Shown in pieces: positions 51,601 to 57,449 of a DNA stretch of 64,000 bases. The notes beneath the pieces are model-generated. The model did not search any database and had not been told where the DNA came from. It saw only the letters and a list, made by a program, of their open reading frames with translations. The stretch's first letter is position 1, and every line of letters starts with the position of its first letter. A program made the translations under genes and the position numbers. Source of the DNA: an uncultured Candidatus Saccharibacteria bacterium (GTDB taxonomy: Bacteria; Patescibacteriota; Minisyncoccia; Phycocordibacterales; UBA6899); NCBI GenBank assembly GCA_964469335.1, contig CAYXYK010000004.1:101362-165361 (forward strand), written 5' to 3'.

Positions 51601-52308
51601 GTGATGGCAACTGCCACGGTCACAGACCTCAATGGGTATTCAGACATAGTCGCAGCATCGTCGACGTATTATCGCTCTTCGGTCGCTGGTGGCCGCAATT
51701 GTAGTGCTGATAGTAATAACTGCTATCAGATGGCGACATCATCGTGTGCACTTTCGAATTGTGCGGGTAACTCTTGCACGATCTCATGTGCTGCGCCGAT
51801 GTACTACTTTGCTGATCCGACCGATGTGGGTAGTACTTTCGCAGCAGATGTATGGAGTGCGATCGTCGATATCTGGGACACTGCCAATGCGCATTCGAAC
51901 AGTAGCTCGAATCAAGAGCTCTACACGCTCAAGGCACTCACTTCTTCGAGTACCATTAATTACGGTTCGATCACGGTTGGTGCTGATACTGGTGCGTCTG
52001 ATGCGACAACTACGGTCAGTAATACCGGGAATACGGTACTCAATTTGCTCCTTTCGGGATCGAATATGACTGCTGGATCGAGCACTATCTCGGTCGACAA
52101 ACAGAAGTATGCGACCTCCACCTTTGTCTATAGTTCTTGTACGCTCTGTAATTCGCTTGCGACATCGTCGAACCCGTTCAATATCGGCATCGTGAAACCT
52201 ACCACCACCACGACTCCGTTCTCAGGCAATCTCTATTGGGGTCTCGCAGTTCCGAACGGCACTGCGGCGACGACACACTCAGGCGTGAATACCTTCCTCG
52301 CCAATTAA
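33646..52308 (+). CDS. giant (~6220 aa) secreted multi-domain surface protein/adhesin
   Basis: The ATG at 33646 has GGAGGAGGGG 11 nt upstream. The protein has a signal peptide. Domains seen: tail-collar-like HxH (~38.16-39.1 kb), two Fn3-like modules (39.67-40.05 and 40.48-40.85 kb), a W-rich propeller-like region, three ~2.4-kb tandem beta-helix-type repeat units (42.5-49.9 kb), a Cys-rich domain (~51.5-51.9 kb) and a WxL-like C-terminus (YWGLAVPNG). The reading frame is unbroken. Confidence 0.85.
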   Translation: MYRRLRTYARRVIHAFSTRTRVASTLLFLVLSGWLVSQFVLAQKELNVYIFPSAVTSDGWNDDIQSLSQDLSPDATLANFTTLNSASVSFGSLGAAPVATSSVPGVPTPSESDLSTSLENVLPTTPSVVPTALPLNGNDEPILVPAVGEATTSSVISLPNPFVPVTPLPESITASSAQSLNLLPDILTDLFGVKKVLAQEHASATPNVSVSETTTPVVMNQEGNASATLPTVPEPYVPTPMSADPYSVASCTTLGLTCHLMTFVGFGLGDAFSSHPLTSATLELSVAGRSELSALQHDRLLVRVFHAGRWEFLGETEIKGELSNAKRGGYLSYDLPEIADWKDLSDMKVVVEYAREGEGNASLLIDGVWVNAKYGTDSISADATPEEIALSQSNVRSTLFAKDAEDRKVRRDILDTPEGREIALMHADEHDDADIIIKTDKEIYRTLGNTSAYFNVTNQSDKEQVVRLQFHFPEGGGGVASLSRLSRSVPYKVSNLKYDSVGYFCASGWQSASSTDTKGFTCVDMNETRSCDALNDDKTNCIVSGARVGLTEDIEYRDGWVPSALLQGSFRDDAGIFAKAIDLILGKLPSGAIPPSEQPVSYIENSVLLLPGQTAYLRADLALPLNGRGDFYIEGATESGAYGLVHAAWDGSWNYRVPVDIDNEKVETEDSYAVPVSLDSLPLAFWDRVNADGSDVRFVDETGTQELPYWLSSWKYEDRKAFAWVRIPKTSNSTTTRIYVYYGDHSAASRSSLTAPFRTDRLTSRAVIAGSSQHDMTLLAIALDEDTHIQAGEHEPVTLKKGETALFGSLAPGDVVQADGPISLSLESSGSGATVVPYGYTGGNFVIPGIGGERILSMTAVEDGEVHTELKRGSATSTTLDPIAGTIVSDTVDLDSSIRVDAASDVMALLSAGDGTRLTPLYPSTDEPLYGFMLGKTVVGFGTDGSTMKAVCAGGAVKSADGRRDGMMTVLDHCQSSVLPSLADAVRISELANPASVLSLGGEMFTSFIPKSEFASSYVLAEDAGTLAFICAPEDGTIDIGVFDAGGAFTASTTCEARGARPGKALIESANGFHAGSIVRSLDATSTVFMAAYQALGRSLASGEVAPLTTLYGAPQLRSHSPNHPRVTTGEEEFVIPGEHRKLDLDEEGKERVHVDKLLTTKREFSVHEQPGFQFQYTPQSNSVVQGVRGAFGVAQFSVTKVSLRHAQIGELEVEYDIGYGDDNIWSLSLKNVDGHLRPGKYTLHVEIEEGGSTYVDEYDFYWGVLAINYNKSMFTPGETANISIGALSDNGNTICDAILKLWVTPPGGTEIELPVSASGLCDGNNVVDVPDYSSSYSFSSENATGTYKVKLVRFDREGNIASQVTDTISVKDSVPLSIEREGPTRIYPVAHYPMKIRVTANEDFKGNIIERLPGDFVVIDRGSAELAWGDSEHSYMTATWPVDMKKGAVVTFAYEFDAPDRSPYLYELGPASTDGDVVFSEARKWQIASDAAGKMMIYWDRTYTPSGWTCISCLPSDVFYNRFAMGSSTYGGFGGTATHTPTASAAVASFGGTGVGPNTTNNTNNAPLGHTHTLTPQISGVSNLPTYRQLAVLQSNSAGDPASIPGGAIVMFDIASSSLPSGWYRYTPLDGRYVRGQSTSTTGVTGGANTHSHTATGTLSVAIGSGLREQNGVVNGATDVNHTHTLSATNTDVLSNEPPYVEVLFAQQPATSTPVNYMLTMWENTPPSGWTTLSDPGGPLEGKFLKASTTYGLTGGSATHAHADIFGATTSVQSLLNNYTANVSNAQAPAAHTHTVDITGFSTDDHRPPYVEVIFAKRLSGVTLWTQQQYRWYSNTNAITPVDPWPPTGGDLGEDSAIDGGSLAVRVGDVLRLRMSILAMNSTSTVGSQAFKLQYADSLDCPSALNWDDVAPMSSTTAEWRGYNNGAVADRATLPSTLLTLSNIAESYTEENNSTSTSVEIGVGQAGEWDWVLQSNVPLPGTNYCFRMVKSDGTPLDTNDIYPEALTNFAPNATVLASPFDNEKISSTTPYLVFASADPEVNDLDYEVQVSATSDFASSIVDVDSTVNPELFDNVPNPTNKAPFSSGDQIRYRVSPALTNGNTYWWRVRAKDLSGSNAWSSWSAGRSFTVDTAVTISTWFQTTRDQFETDGQTNVDATSTVANDVMLIAGQTSGVLYSPQIDLDQATLGTAWGTLSWNDSEVVGDIKYHVQYLDATSTWVDIPDSGLSGNSAGFDTSPISLLSVDPNTYTSIRLAANFTSVGGSPRLFDWTLSWGYKVTTPVISTPFDNAKVSTTTPSFDFVSTDPNGDPLTYEISWSTDTAFSASTTRTSDFNLGFQNLTTPSDTDPYTSGENIRFTVRASDALTNGTTYYYRVRAKDPTGGNDWSFWSDTRSLTVDTSITVATWFQSMTGQFNTDTLTSMYNYGLGSSTVSTSTTEAMIAYGEGTVQTPRYRIWGGTAWGSEFSALSINSSVQWVVLKASPVIGEYMMGTLGSDRDINFQIYNNGTWGNMNEITTNAPPVTRRSLDIAYETISGRALAVACDGDADPSYAIWDGTNWGSTQTIDLASANNCEWIRLASNPVTNEIILLERNTGNLYQAAVWNATSSTWGTTTNMGSMSEIAHEGMALEYEESGDTALAITSNTTNSSFVYKAYKAGAWSASTTVTLGDDFEWGTLVRDRGTDRMALCYVDEDGDIGMKRWDGGGWVATTTVVELETAPTLTENEGRPVDCAFENTTGRDTYIMTSYSDLVGTRYQTWNNTAWGPEASIMPVIRNFTTQLRRTDDNKILGVWFDYLNGDYYTSSWNGTTWSATTTIETSASVTATPYGEPFMIAPKLPATRGTIVSSPIDYDDGASPAWDQVLWSKTTPGLSTFKVQVEYYDSASSSWKLIPDTDLSGNSSGTSTSPISIRNLDTSTYNQIRLVGNATCVLGNCPVLNDWTVKWSAGLNISGTAKQQDLTTNVTSGTVAVAVNGVLQAGKTGTISAGTWTIPNVTFFPGSTLTVFVSGAATSARAVAVAVYDGPGDFGGMSLNEHWLTVGSASGTLATTTLTNLSKYDNSVAGGTDVFYDVTAGGDYNHCAIAVPAGCYDSSLYLLAENIFSPSTSTAKTLTTYNMRIAGSMYLDANTLKVGASWRNLGGFTPNTGTVMFNATTSTRTIDNTGAATSTFGNVTFGEVATLATWTFSTPFVATGTVAMNFGTTSPGAQSMTLLGDLTIGASGIFAKGSATTTFSGTQSKTWTDNTAAKQDLGNVAISGTAKTVTLASSVKATNINIVAGNTLNAGGANTFSVLGFWDNAGTLTPQTGTVAFIATSSSKTINQASSNFYNATFNGVGGAWRWLNTNATTTNDLTIATGTLTLPGGTLEVGGSFANTGGTFVNNSGITKLTSTAGGKTIQTGTSTFNDLVFSGSGGAWSFVDVNATTSGTLTILAGTPTFPSGVLEVGNNFINSGGTFVANGGTLKLTSSLNSRTITFGGSSPANLTVQNAGVFTVTDTNATTTGNVNFVAGTTTLPAANFVIGGSFTNTGRFTAGTNLVTFNAASGAKTINPGASSFASVLFSGAGTFTVSANATTTNDLTIFSVGGFTQSSGTTLAVGGQFTNQVGGATTTWSGSTLALNSGTAYSINTKTTGGDLYGTLRLAANTQIRSWNSSSTVYVLGTSASLYSQNHNSVSGEVDIFGTYTRTSGSDYWSYATDFDGTVLGSPRQANVRFDSGATASFAAGTTLEILGSATASTSIDRKSSGNYGVTLSSSTINAQYYQFRNMNASGLTLNSSTTVTSLANGDFTIDLNGASGMTVASSTIDTNPGLQLFNVRFATSTGISAGFNVAETGAATSFWRFKNHYGNYAGEAYDSDPGPSSGNPGYVRWDDSNFVISISGTVYSDAGSTPMGAPTCDGVTNTVRVKVSGQGNYAAPCANGSGVYTVSGVTFTGDNVMTVYLDTNGGAQAVAVTKSASADLTGIDLYQHRVILRHEDTFPMSIADMKAYDKTGDTDIPFIAATSSVPYTLTTDPDTQLWVWNSKTFIPGGNITLNSGGSGQTYDGSLILSANSVFTAQGTETHSIGGGFSANAGAVFTAANSTFNFTATTTGKSIIGVAPLTFWRMSFSGSGGGWVINQALTVGENFLPNAGTVSGTSNVTVSGTTVSGAGSIAMTGGTFTLSNGGTFGGNSDWSFNNLTFGNGTLATTTKTGSSTVTVASVLTDAANQTFQAGTSTTWVLTGGGTPLVLSGTFSVQNATFRYAGTSATNVTPATYAQLDFGASGVSSPVYTLLSGTFNVGGAWNVGVVATNTVTVNANTNDPTLTLSGNVNVVASSTFVLSNTGSLTARRNWTNLGTTTASGGTVTFDATTTGFTISAGASPFANVSFNNSNGGWTVVGNATATGNFTLSALASFTLSPNATLEVDGVFTNGIGGGATTWTNSTLYLNANAAETINTKTTGADTYGTLLTGGTTQVRVWNSSAATTTTNNSSSVYSMNHANVSGALNIWGTYNHSSGTDYWDYATDFDGVSIASTSRVVNVRVASSSSLNFSGGQLEVLGASGATTTIDVLTTGGYSWNITGGVVNMQYYKIRGIDQNGLSISGSPTVSGLSNGDFLLAVNGATMMTIAGGTIDANPLKTFFGMSFATSSGITSGYNITATGVSGSVWTISGLSGNYAGEARDNDPGGDPGYIRWDDSAAQISVSGNVYSDEGLTPIGGPVCDGVTQNVRLKVQGAGSYTSACNAGTGAFSISNIIYNPKDTLTLYLASTTGVRAVNIAYDPATNITSMNLYQNRIILRHEQGSAVGIAQMAAYDNNKDSAIPFIATTTVATSTTVFAGTGLIVWNSKVFAPGGNVTLHANASGNSWDGSVHLLATSTWSSSGTESYTIGGSFAADTSASVAPANSTFNFTATTTGKSVSASNTLTFYNLTFSGAGGAWSIPGVSTTSNDLTISGGTLTLPTGTLFVGGSWNNSGGAFVASGGTVEFIATASGKNIRTGTSAFWNTTFSGTGGAWTYLDTNSTTSGTTTVTAGTLTLPSGVYAEGKSFDVRSGSVSANGGTLKMISTSTGQTVRLSGSSLANLLVAATGTFQFLDSYATTTGDVSLTFGTTTFPYAALTIGGSFSNSAVFSAGTSTLVMNGSVAGKTISLGNSSPYNMTINGASGGFTVSGNATTSNNFSLIAASTYTQSSGTTLAVGGVFTNSVGGAPTTWSGTTLSLYGTSSNYSINSKSAGGDAYNIIRLAANTNIRMWNSSVSTTQLDPASSIYSQNNAASAGSLYIYGNYTRSSGTDYWSYATDFDGTALGGSSRQANVRFDANATATFQNGATLSMQGSATASTSVDRISSGSYGITLDSSWWTAQYYQFRNMNSTGLNLTGTTTISMNNGDFSLDVNGGRSITVSSTTIDQNASQQFFYVKFATSSGITSGYNVLRTGTTTNSFTFNSEYGNFAGEAFDNDGADGCGSIRWSDSACLISDQRGYRWRNDDGAEGAPSSEWYNQSWTKRERIRIVNNATTSYTNEQVKLDIPYDSDMKSNFDDIRFTDSSGTTSIPFWTESYLTSATATVWVKVPSLPGSGTADIFMYFGNSGASYAGSGTSTFTFFDDFEDGNLSEYTGNTTLFSNDATFNYERTYGLAASAGNTGAQNTSGIGQASAGVGRDTTFRFNQYIDMTSGGSDEPCFLFAIQPPITGHQNYGVCLSPFGADHLVVAKNVSWNGRAASDGSTLLVSKAVTYTTGWYQVSVDWIATNNQINVNVYDNTGSLFATATTTDSTWTSGGVGFTFWGMHGGWDIPFARTYNYLTPSYALFTKQADSGATWAAAENTYLPNYVQNQNVRLRFSVRNSSLAPLSENFRLQYAAKLASPNCESVPTGNYSDVPTTSGGCGSAAACMTSSSQFTKSSSTQLLTFPNGYTFTQAQILEDPNNQTDNISLLANAFTEVEYNIQMTNNSSLDRYCFRTTNAGTPLDNYTRVAEIQVLHPPTLSNFSFNQNSDIALTEGTTTSVMATATVTDLNGYSDIVAASSTYYRSSVAGGRNCSADSNNCYQMATSSCALSNCAGNSCTISCAAPMYYFADPTDVGSTFAADVWSAIVDIWDTANAHSNSSSNQELYTLKALTSSSTINYGSITVGADTGASDATTTVSNTGNTVLNLLLSGSNMTAGSSTISVDKQKYATSTFVYSSCTLCNSLATSSNPFNIGIVKPTTTTTPFSGNLYWGLAVPNGTAATTHSGVNTFLAN
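42490..49935 (+). repeat. three tandem ~2.3-2.7-kb intragenic repeat units
   Basis: Unit boundaries are marked by NYAGEAYDSDPG.PGYVRWDD (45190), NYAGEARDNDPGGDPGYIRWDD (47621) and NFAGEAFDNDGADGCGSIRWSD (49935). The units contain internal GGAW../TLTLP.G.LEVGGSF.N.GG.FV beta-helix-like sub-repeats. Confidence 0.7.
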
Positions 52309-52398
52309 GCGAATGACAGACATGACCATCTGCGAACCCTTGCGCCTGTGTACGAAAGGGGAAGCGATATGACAAATATCATATATAATAGAGTAAGC

Positions 52399-53889
52399 AT
52401 GTGGCGTGTACGAAAGTTTCGTCCGGTATTTTTCCTCGCACTCATCGGTGGCGCGTTCGGTTTTCTGTTCTTTGGACCTGGGTCACTCCTCGCGCAGAGC
52501 GGCACTCCTCCGAAGATAACCGGAATAACCATCACTCAGCCGACCCCCACTTCCACGGTCGTCACTTGGGATACTGATATCAGTGCGGACTCCGAAGTGA
52601 ATTATGGCCTCAACAAAGACTATGGCATCGCCCGTGATCCGTTTCCCGACAAGACGCACCATGTCATCACCATCGATGACCTCGAGCCGTCGATGCTCTA
52701 TCATCTCCGTATCGGCTCTGCTGATGCGGCGGGGAATCAGGCGCTCACAGGTGATTACATCATCAAGACGAACACCGTACTCTCGAAGAAGGAACTCGAC
52801 AAGATTCCAGTTGAAGAACGCGTGTTCGTTGACCGGGCGATCGCCTCGGTGAAGCAGATCAAGAGTGCCGAAGGGATACAACTCGTCGCGGAGGCGGTGA
52901 ACGAGCAGGCAAGGAAGGAACTCGTCGCACCGGCGATCATTGGCTATCCGAGACTCGACGAGATAGGAACAGACCATGCTTCGGTTTCATGGGCTACGGA
53001 TCGCGAGGCAGGCTCGAAGGTGAATTATGCGCGTGAATCGGAATATCGCGAGGGAAGCGATGATCCGTATACGACCCAAGCAGGTGATGAGGGAGAGAGA
53101 GTGAAGGAACACAAGGTCATCCTCTCTGGCCTCACTCCGGGCACCACCTACCACTTCAATGCCGAATCACCCGCTGAGCAAGGCCTCACTGGTGTATCGC
53201 GCGATACGACGTTCGTCACCAAAGCGCTACAGCCGACGGTGTCGAATTTCCATATCGTCAAAGCAGAGACCGATTCGGTCACACTTGCGTGGAATACCAA
53301 TATTCCAGCGTCCGGTGTCGTCGAGTATACCAACACCAAGAACAAGTTCGCACAGTCGATCGGTTCACCGATCTTCTCTACTACGAAATTGGTGAAGATC
53401 TCCAACCTTTCTCTTGGTGCGCGTTATAGTGCCGTCGTGAAGGCGATGAATTCACTGGGGGAGACCGTGACATCGAATCAGATCTATTTCTCAACAGTGA
53501 AGGATACTTCGCCCCCCTTGATCTCGAAGGTCGCACAGGAGTCGACGCTCTATGCGTCAGCAGACGTGAAGGTGCAGACCATCGTATCGTGGCAGACAGA
53601 TGAAAAGACCTACTGTCAGTATTTCTACCGTGAAGGCCTCAATCCGAATGTCGAGCCTACTGGACTCGGGGAAGAGAAGGATCCTCGCACTGATCATGTC
53701 GTCGTCATCGTCGAATTTTTGCCCTCGACGGTCTATCAGTTCTGGGTGGAATGTAAGGATGTTTCGGGGAACAAGTCCAAGTCGGAGAATTTCGTGTTGT
53801 TCACTCCGAACAAGGAGAAGAGCATCATTGATATCATTCTCGAGAACTTCCAGGGGACGTTCGGATGGGTCAATAACATTGGGAAATAA
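52399..53889 (+). CDS. membrane-anchored protein with four fibronectin-type-III-like repeats
   Basis: The start is ATG 52399 (MWRVRKF), 9 nt after TATAATAGAG. A TM precedes four repeats of the pattern TSTVVTWDTD ... EV.YG ... LEPS.LYH.R, as seen in purple-acid-phosphatase-type Fn3 modules. Confidence 0.6.
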   Translation: MWRVRKFRPVFFLALIGGAFGFLFFGPGSLLAQSGTPPKITGITITQPTPTSTVVTWDTDISADSEVNYGLNKDYGIARDPFPDKTHHVITIDDLEPSMLYHLRIGSADAAGNQALTGDYIIKTNTVLSKKELDKIPVEERVFVDRAIASVKQIKSAEGIQLVAEAVNEQARKELVAPAIIGYPRLDEIGTDHASVSWATDREAGSKVNYARESEYREGSDDPYTTQAGDEGERVKEHKVILSGLTPGTTYHFNAESPAEQGLTGVSRDTTFVTKALQPTVSNFHIVKAETDSVTLAWNTNIPASGVVEYTNTKNKFAQSIGSPIFSTTKLVKISNLSLGARYSAVVKAMNSLGETVTSNQIYFSTVKDTSPPLISKVAQESTLYASADVKVQTIVSWQTDEKTYCQYFYREGLNPNVEPTGLGEEKDPRTDHVVVIVEFLPSTVYQFWVECKDVSGNKSKSENFVLFTPNKEKSIIDIILENFQGTFGWVNNIGK

Positions 53890-54001
53890 ATCAGTTTTGG
53901 CGACCTGCTCGTGCTTCCTCCAGCAAGTCGAGGCACCGTAGATGACTACGGCTTCTCGACATTGCCTCAGTCCAGCACGTCGCATCTCATCCAAAACTGC
54001 T
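53890..54001 (+). repeat. long nested-hairpin element immediately 3' of stop codon
   Basis: The outer inverted repeat is ATCAGTTTTGG / CCAAAACTGCT. The middle stem is GTCGAG/CTCGAC. The centre is CCGTAGatgaCTACGG. Confidence 0.4.
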
Positions 54002-54118
54002 ATATTTCTACATATTGACATTTAATATATATTATGAATAATAATTTACGCATTCATTAATCAGTAGACATGTAGCTTGAAATTCCTCAAGTTCATCACT
54101 CTGCTGATAGCAGAGGAG

Positions 54119-54433
54119 ATGGAAATGGGCGAACTGAAAGCGTTGTGCGAGTTTTGCGGCCTCGTTGCCGCGGACCATCACAAGAACGGGTTGTGTACCA
54201 CAGCCGCCGGCATCAAGGCCAGAAAGGACTTTGACGATGGATTAGAAACAGGACAGTACTTTCCGTACTACCCGCTCGCGCGGCGTGAGGTAGTGCTTAC
54301 GAATATTGAAAAGGTCTCTCCAGCGTTCGTGCGGGGTTACCGAAAGGGCGAACTGCTGGCGCGTCTAGATGACCTTGCCTCCCAGTATGAGGTCGATGAT
54401 CTGAGTGACCTCGAAGACGGTTCTTCTGTATAA
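54119..54433 (+). CDS. hypothetical Cys-containing protein
   Basis: The ORF runs from MEMGELKALCEFCGL with GAGGAG adjacent to the start. An AT-rich promoter region lies upstream. I recognise no family. Confidence 0.3.
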   Translation: MEMGELKALCEFCGLVAADHHKNGLCTTAAGIKARKDFDDGLETGQYFPYYPLARREVVLTNIEKVSPAFVRGYRKGELLARLDDLASQYEVDDLSDLEDGSSV

Positions 54434-54512
54434 AAAAAGTAGAATGATGGAACAGGGGACACTGATCCTGACCTTGGATCAAGGGGCTTCGGCCCCTTTT
54501 TGCATGTGGAAA

Positions 54513-54893
54513 TCAATCAAGTATCCCGAGTTTTTGTTTGACGTGGGAGACGACCTCGTCCATCATCCAACCTTCCTTTTTGAAATAGTCGAGACCTTCG
54601 GTGTTGATCCATGACATCACCCGCTCTTCTTCCGCTCCGGTAAGCATGATGACCGGGATGGATTTCCCCCACTCATCTTTACGGAGATTTTGGTACATCG
54701 CGAGGCCATCCATGACGGGCATCATCACGTCGAGCATGATCAGGTCAGGGTGGATGTTCTTTGCAGTCTCAAGTCCAAGCATTCCGTTCTCCGCTTCATA
54801 GACCTCAAAGCCCGCCCCCTCGAGTGCGTCCTGTACCACCGCACGTAAGAGTCGTGAATCTTCGACGATCAGTACTTTCTTTTTGTCGCTCAT
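54513..54893 (-). CDS. single-domain response regulator (CheY-like receiver)
   Basis: The sequence MSDKKKVLIVEDSRLLR ... LIMLDVMMPVMDG ... PVIMLTG is typical of a REC domain with the phospho-acceptor Asp in LIMLD. Only the 3' 381 nt of the long minus-strand ORF is credible. Confidence 0.75.
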   Translation of the reverse strand: MSDKKKVLIVEDSRLLRAVVQDALEGAGFEVYEAENGMLGLETAKNIHPDLIMLDVMMPVMDGLAMYQNLRKDEWGKSIPVIMLTGAEEERVMSWINTEGLDYFKKEGWMMDEVVSHVKQKLGILD

Positions 54894-54961
54894 GACATCA
54901 TAGTAGCAGGGGATAATGCACTCATCCACTCGAAACAGTGGAGGAATCCTATTTTGCTCTA

Positions 54962-54967
54962 TATAAT
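54962..54967 (+). promoter_or_regulatory. -10 element TATAAT(AGAG) 10 nt upstream of ABC ATPase start
   Basis: The sequence is ctcTATATAATAGAGcaagctATG. Together with the divergent response regulator gene it sits in a 60-bp divergent promoter region. Confidence 0.45.
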
Positions 54968-54977
54968 AGAGCAAGCT

Positions 54978-56306
54978 ATGGCGAAACCGATCATTTTTGG
55001 GGACCGAATAGAGATCACCTATAATCTTGGCAAGGAAAATGAGTTCCGTGCAAACAAAGGTGCTACCGTCGAGATATTCGACCAAGAGTACATCATTCTG
55101 TTTGGTCCGTCCGGTTGCGGGAAATCGACCCTCCTTTACTGTATGTTCGGTGTGCTTGAACCTTCGGCGGGGAAGATGTATGTGAACGGTGAGTCGATCT
55201 ATGATTTCGAGCCGATGCAGATGGTGAACTTCCAGCGCAAAACGATGGGGATCATGTATCAGTCGTTCAACCTCATTCCATCGATCACTGTTCTGGATAA
55301 TGTCGCGCTCCCGCTCATCTTCGACGGGATCGGTCCGCGTGAACGCAACGATCGCGCGATGGAACTCTGTCGCCGTTTCATGATCGACCATGTTGCGAAC
55401 AAACGTCCGACCCTTCTTTCCGGTGGTCAACAGCAGCGTGTGTCTGTCGCGCGCTCGTTGGTGAATGACCCACAGATCCTCATCGCAGACGAACCGGTCG
55501 GTAACCTCGACTCTATTACCGCCGCACAGGTTATGGATACGCTCGCTGAGATTAACGATAAGGACAAGAAGACCGTCATTCTCGTTACTCACGATGCTAA
55601 GTACTTACCGTATGCGCACCGCATCGTCTATATGGCCGACGGAAAGATTGAGCGCATCGTTCCCAATCCCGAGAAGAAGCAGATCCTGAAGCTTGCGCCA
55701 GGCACCACCATCGTCACCGAGATCGAGCAGATCGCCCGCATCTACCCGTATGACTCGCCGAATGAACTGCAGGTGAAGAGTGTGGTGAATTATCTCATCG
55801 AAGAACTCACATTCGATCAGATTACCAGACTGCAGAAGACCACCGAATCGGTCATCTCCGGACGGATGGAGATATCTAACTACCTCCGTACTTTGATGGA
55901 TGACTACGAGAAGGGAGGTGTTGGGCTACCCGTCGCACGCGCGACAGAGATGAGTCAAAAGCTCTCCGACATCCTCATTCACGCCCGTGACATCCAGCGC
56001 TACCGCCGCGTCAGGAATAATCAGGTCACCCAGATCCGCAGCACTGAGTTCATCAACCGCATTGCCGAGTTTCTTGCTACGCAGGTGGATCTCAAACTCG
56101 ATGCTGCACAGAAAGAGCATTTCGAGACCGCGATCGCGCAACGCATCGGCGGCTTCGTCCGTAAAGATGAGTTCGGCGAGCAACTCGGACTTTCGCTTGC
56201 CGACGGTGGAGTTGCTCTCAACAAGAAACAGACATTCGATACAGTGAGACTCATCGAGAAATTGATCGCGCTCGGTATTCCGCGCACCGGCGAAGCACAT
56301 CATTGA
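54978..56306 (+). CDS. ABC transporter ATP-binding protein (MacB/LolD/FtsE-type) with ~220-aa C-terminal extension
   Basis: The protein has Walker A (GPSGCGKST), the LSGGQQQRV signature and Walker B (ILIADEPVGNLD). A long helical C-terminal extension has no obvious family. Confidence 0.8.
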   Translation: MAKPIIFGDRIEITYNLGKENEFRANKGATVEIFDQEYIILFGPSGCGKSTLLYCMFGVLEPSAGKMYVNGESIYDFEPMQMVNFQRKTMGIMYQSFNLIPSITVLDNVALPLIFDGIGPRERNDRAMELCRRFMIDHVANKRPTLLSGGQQQRVSVARSLVNDPQILIADEPVGNLDSITAAQVMDTLAEINDKDKKTVILVTHDAKYLPYAHRIVYMADGKIERIVPNPEKKQILKLAPGTTIVTEIEQIARIYPYDSPNELQVKSVVNYLIEELTFDQITRLQKTTESVISGRMEISNYLRTLMDDYEKGGVGLPVARATEMSQKLSDILIHARDIQRYRRVRNNQVTQIRSTEFINRIAEFLATQVDLKLDAAQKEHFETAIAQRIGGFVRKDEFGEQLGLSLADGGVALNKKQTFDTVRLIEKLIALGIPRTGEAHH

Positions 56307-56336
56307 TGTTTTTGCACCTTAGGGGAAAGTGCTACC

Positions 56337-56897
56337 ATGGATCAACATATGTTCATGGATATAGGCATGGGTATCTTGATCGCATTCGGAGTGGCAAACG
56401 TATTCGTCGTTGCTCCCACTCCAGAGGTCGTTCTTTTTGGTGTGCTTTTTGCTCTTCTTCCTGATATTGATTTCTTGCTTACTCGAATCGCCGCGATACG
56501 AAATGTGATCGGCGAACATCGTAGCGCAACACACTTTCCGCTCCTACATCTTGTCGTTTCAATGATCATGTACATGTTGTTCGGGAAGGTGTTAGCCACC
56601 CTATATTTCATATGCACGTTCTATCATCTGGTTCACGATACATTGTTCCTCGGTTGGGGGATAAAGTGGCTTTGGCCCTACTCCAACAAGGCATTGTCGA
56701 TATTTCATGATAAGGGAGGTGTCATCACTTCAGACATACTCGTTTGGGGTACGGATGAAGACAAGAGGGTACGGACCGAGTATGCGAGTCCGAATTGGGT
56801 GCGCGACTTCTATCTCCGCCCAAGCATCATTGCTTTCTCTGAGTACGGGATATTCCTTGCAGGATTAGCTGCACTGATCTATCAATTCCGAGTATGA
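56337..56897 (+). CDS. membrane-bound metal-dependent hydrolase-like protein (DUF457/YdjM-like)
   Basis: The protein has four or five TM segments with conserved His/Asp residues (HRSATHFPLLH, HLVHD), a pattern resembling LexA-regulated YdjM-family proteins. Confidence 0.45.
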   Translation: MDQHMFMDIGMGILIAFGVANVFVVAPTPEVVLFGVLFALLPDIDFLLTRIAAIRNVIGEHRSATHFPLLHLVVSMIMYMLFGKVLATLYFICTFYHLVHDTLFLGWGIKWLWPYSNKALSIFHDKGGVITSDILVWGTDEDKRVRTEYASPNWVRDFYLRPSIIAFSEYGIFLAGLAALIYQFRV

Positions 56898-56913
56898 CAG
56901 AGCGGCACTACCC

Positions 56914-57372
56914 CTATTGCTTGGAGAGGATTGAGGCGAAGTTAGCGAACAGGTCGTCAGCGAGTTTGCTGCATGCGCTTCCTATGTTTGTACACCGTAG
57001 GTCATACTTTTTCCCGCCTGCTTCGAACTGAATCCGCGAGGTGCTTTCATCTGGTCCCGGGGTGCCGTCGCTCTCGATCCTCGTTGCGTCGTGTTTCTGC
57101 AGTGTCGAAAGAATGATTCTTCGTTCCGCTTCGGACAGTACTCCTGTTTTCTTCTGCGTCGTACTTGTCCCCGCATAGGTCATCTGCGTCGCGATGATCT
57201 TTCCTGTCGTGTCGAATCCGACACTCTGCATGCCCACCATGTTGTTGTATGTCACTTCAAGTGTGGTCACAGCATCGAGTGTTGGCAATGCCGCATTTGA
57301 ATTCCATGAATATGTGCCGATCAGTACGAGGAATATCAGTACGATGAGAAAACCGATGAGTTTTATGTTCAT
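56914..57372 (-). CDS. hypothetical secreted protein
   Basis: The start is MNIKLIGFLIVLIF, which is signal-peptide-like. I recognise no family. Confidence 0.4.
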   Translation of the reverse strand: MNIKLIGFLIVLIFLVLIGTYSWNSNAALPTLDAVTTLEVTYNNMVGMQSVGFDTTGKIIATQMTYAGTSTTQKKTGVLSEAERRIILSTLQKHDATRIESDGTPGPDESTSRIQFEAGGKKYDLRCTNIGSACSKLADDLFANFASILSKQ

Positions 57373-57449
57373 GGTATGTATTATAGTTGATACCGATTCG
57401 CATGACATCCCCTTGGTACTGAGGCGTTTCTCTTCTATAATAGACAGGT

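Noticed and set aside
54513-55592. 359-aa minus-strand ORF
   Set aside because: Only the C-terminal ~126 aa (the REC domain, start MSDKKK at 54893) is credible. The 5' portion overlaps the ABC ATPase gene, which has clear Walker motifs on the plus strand.
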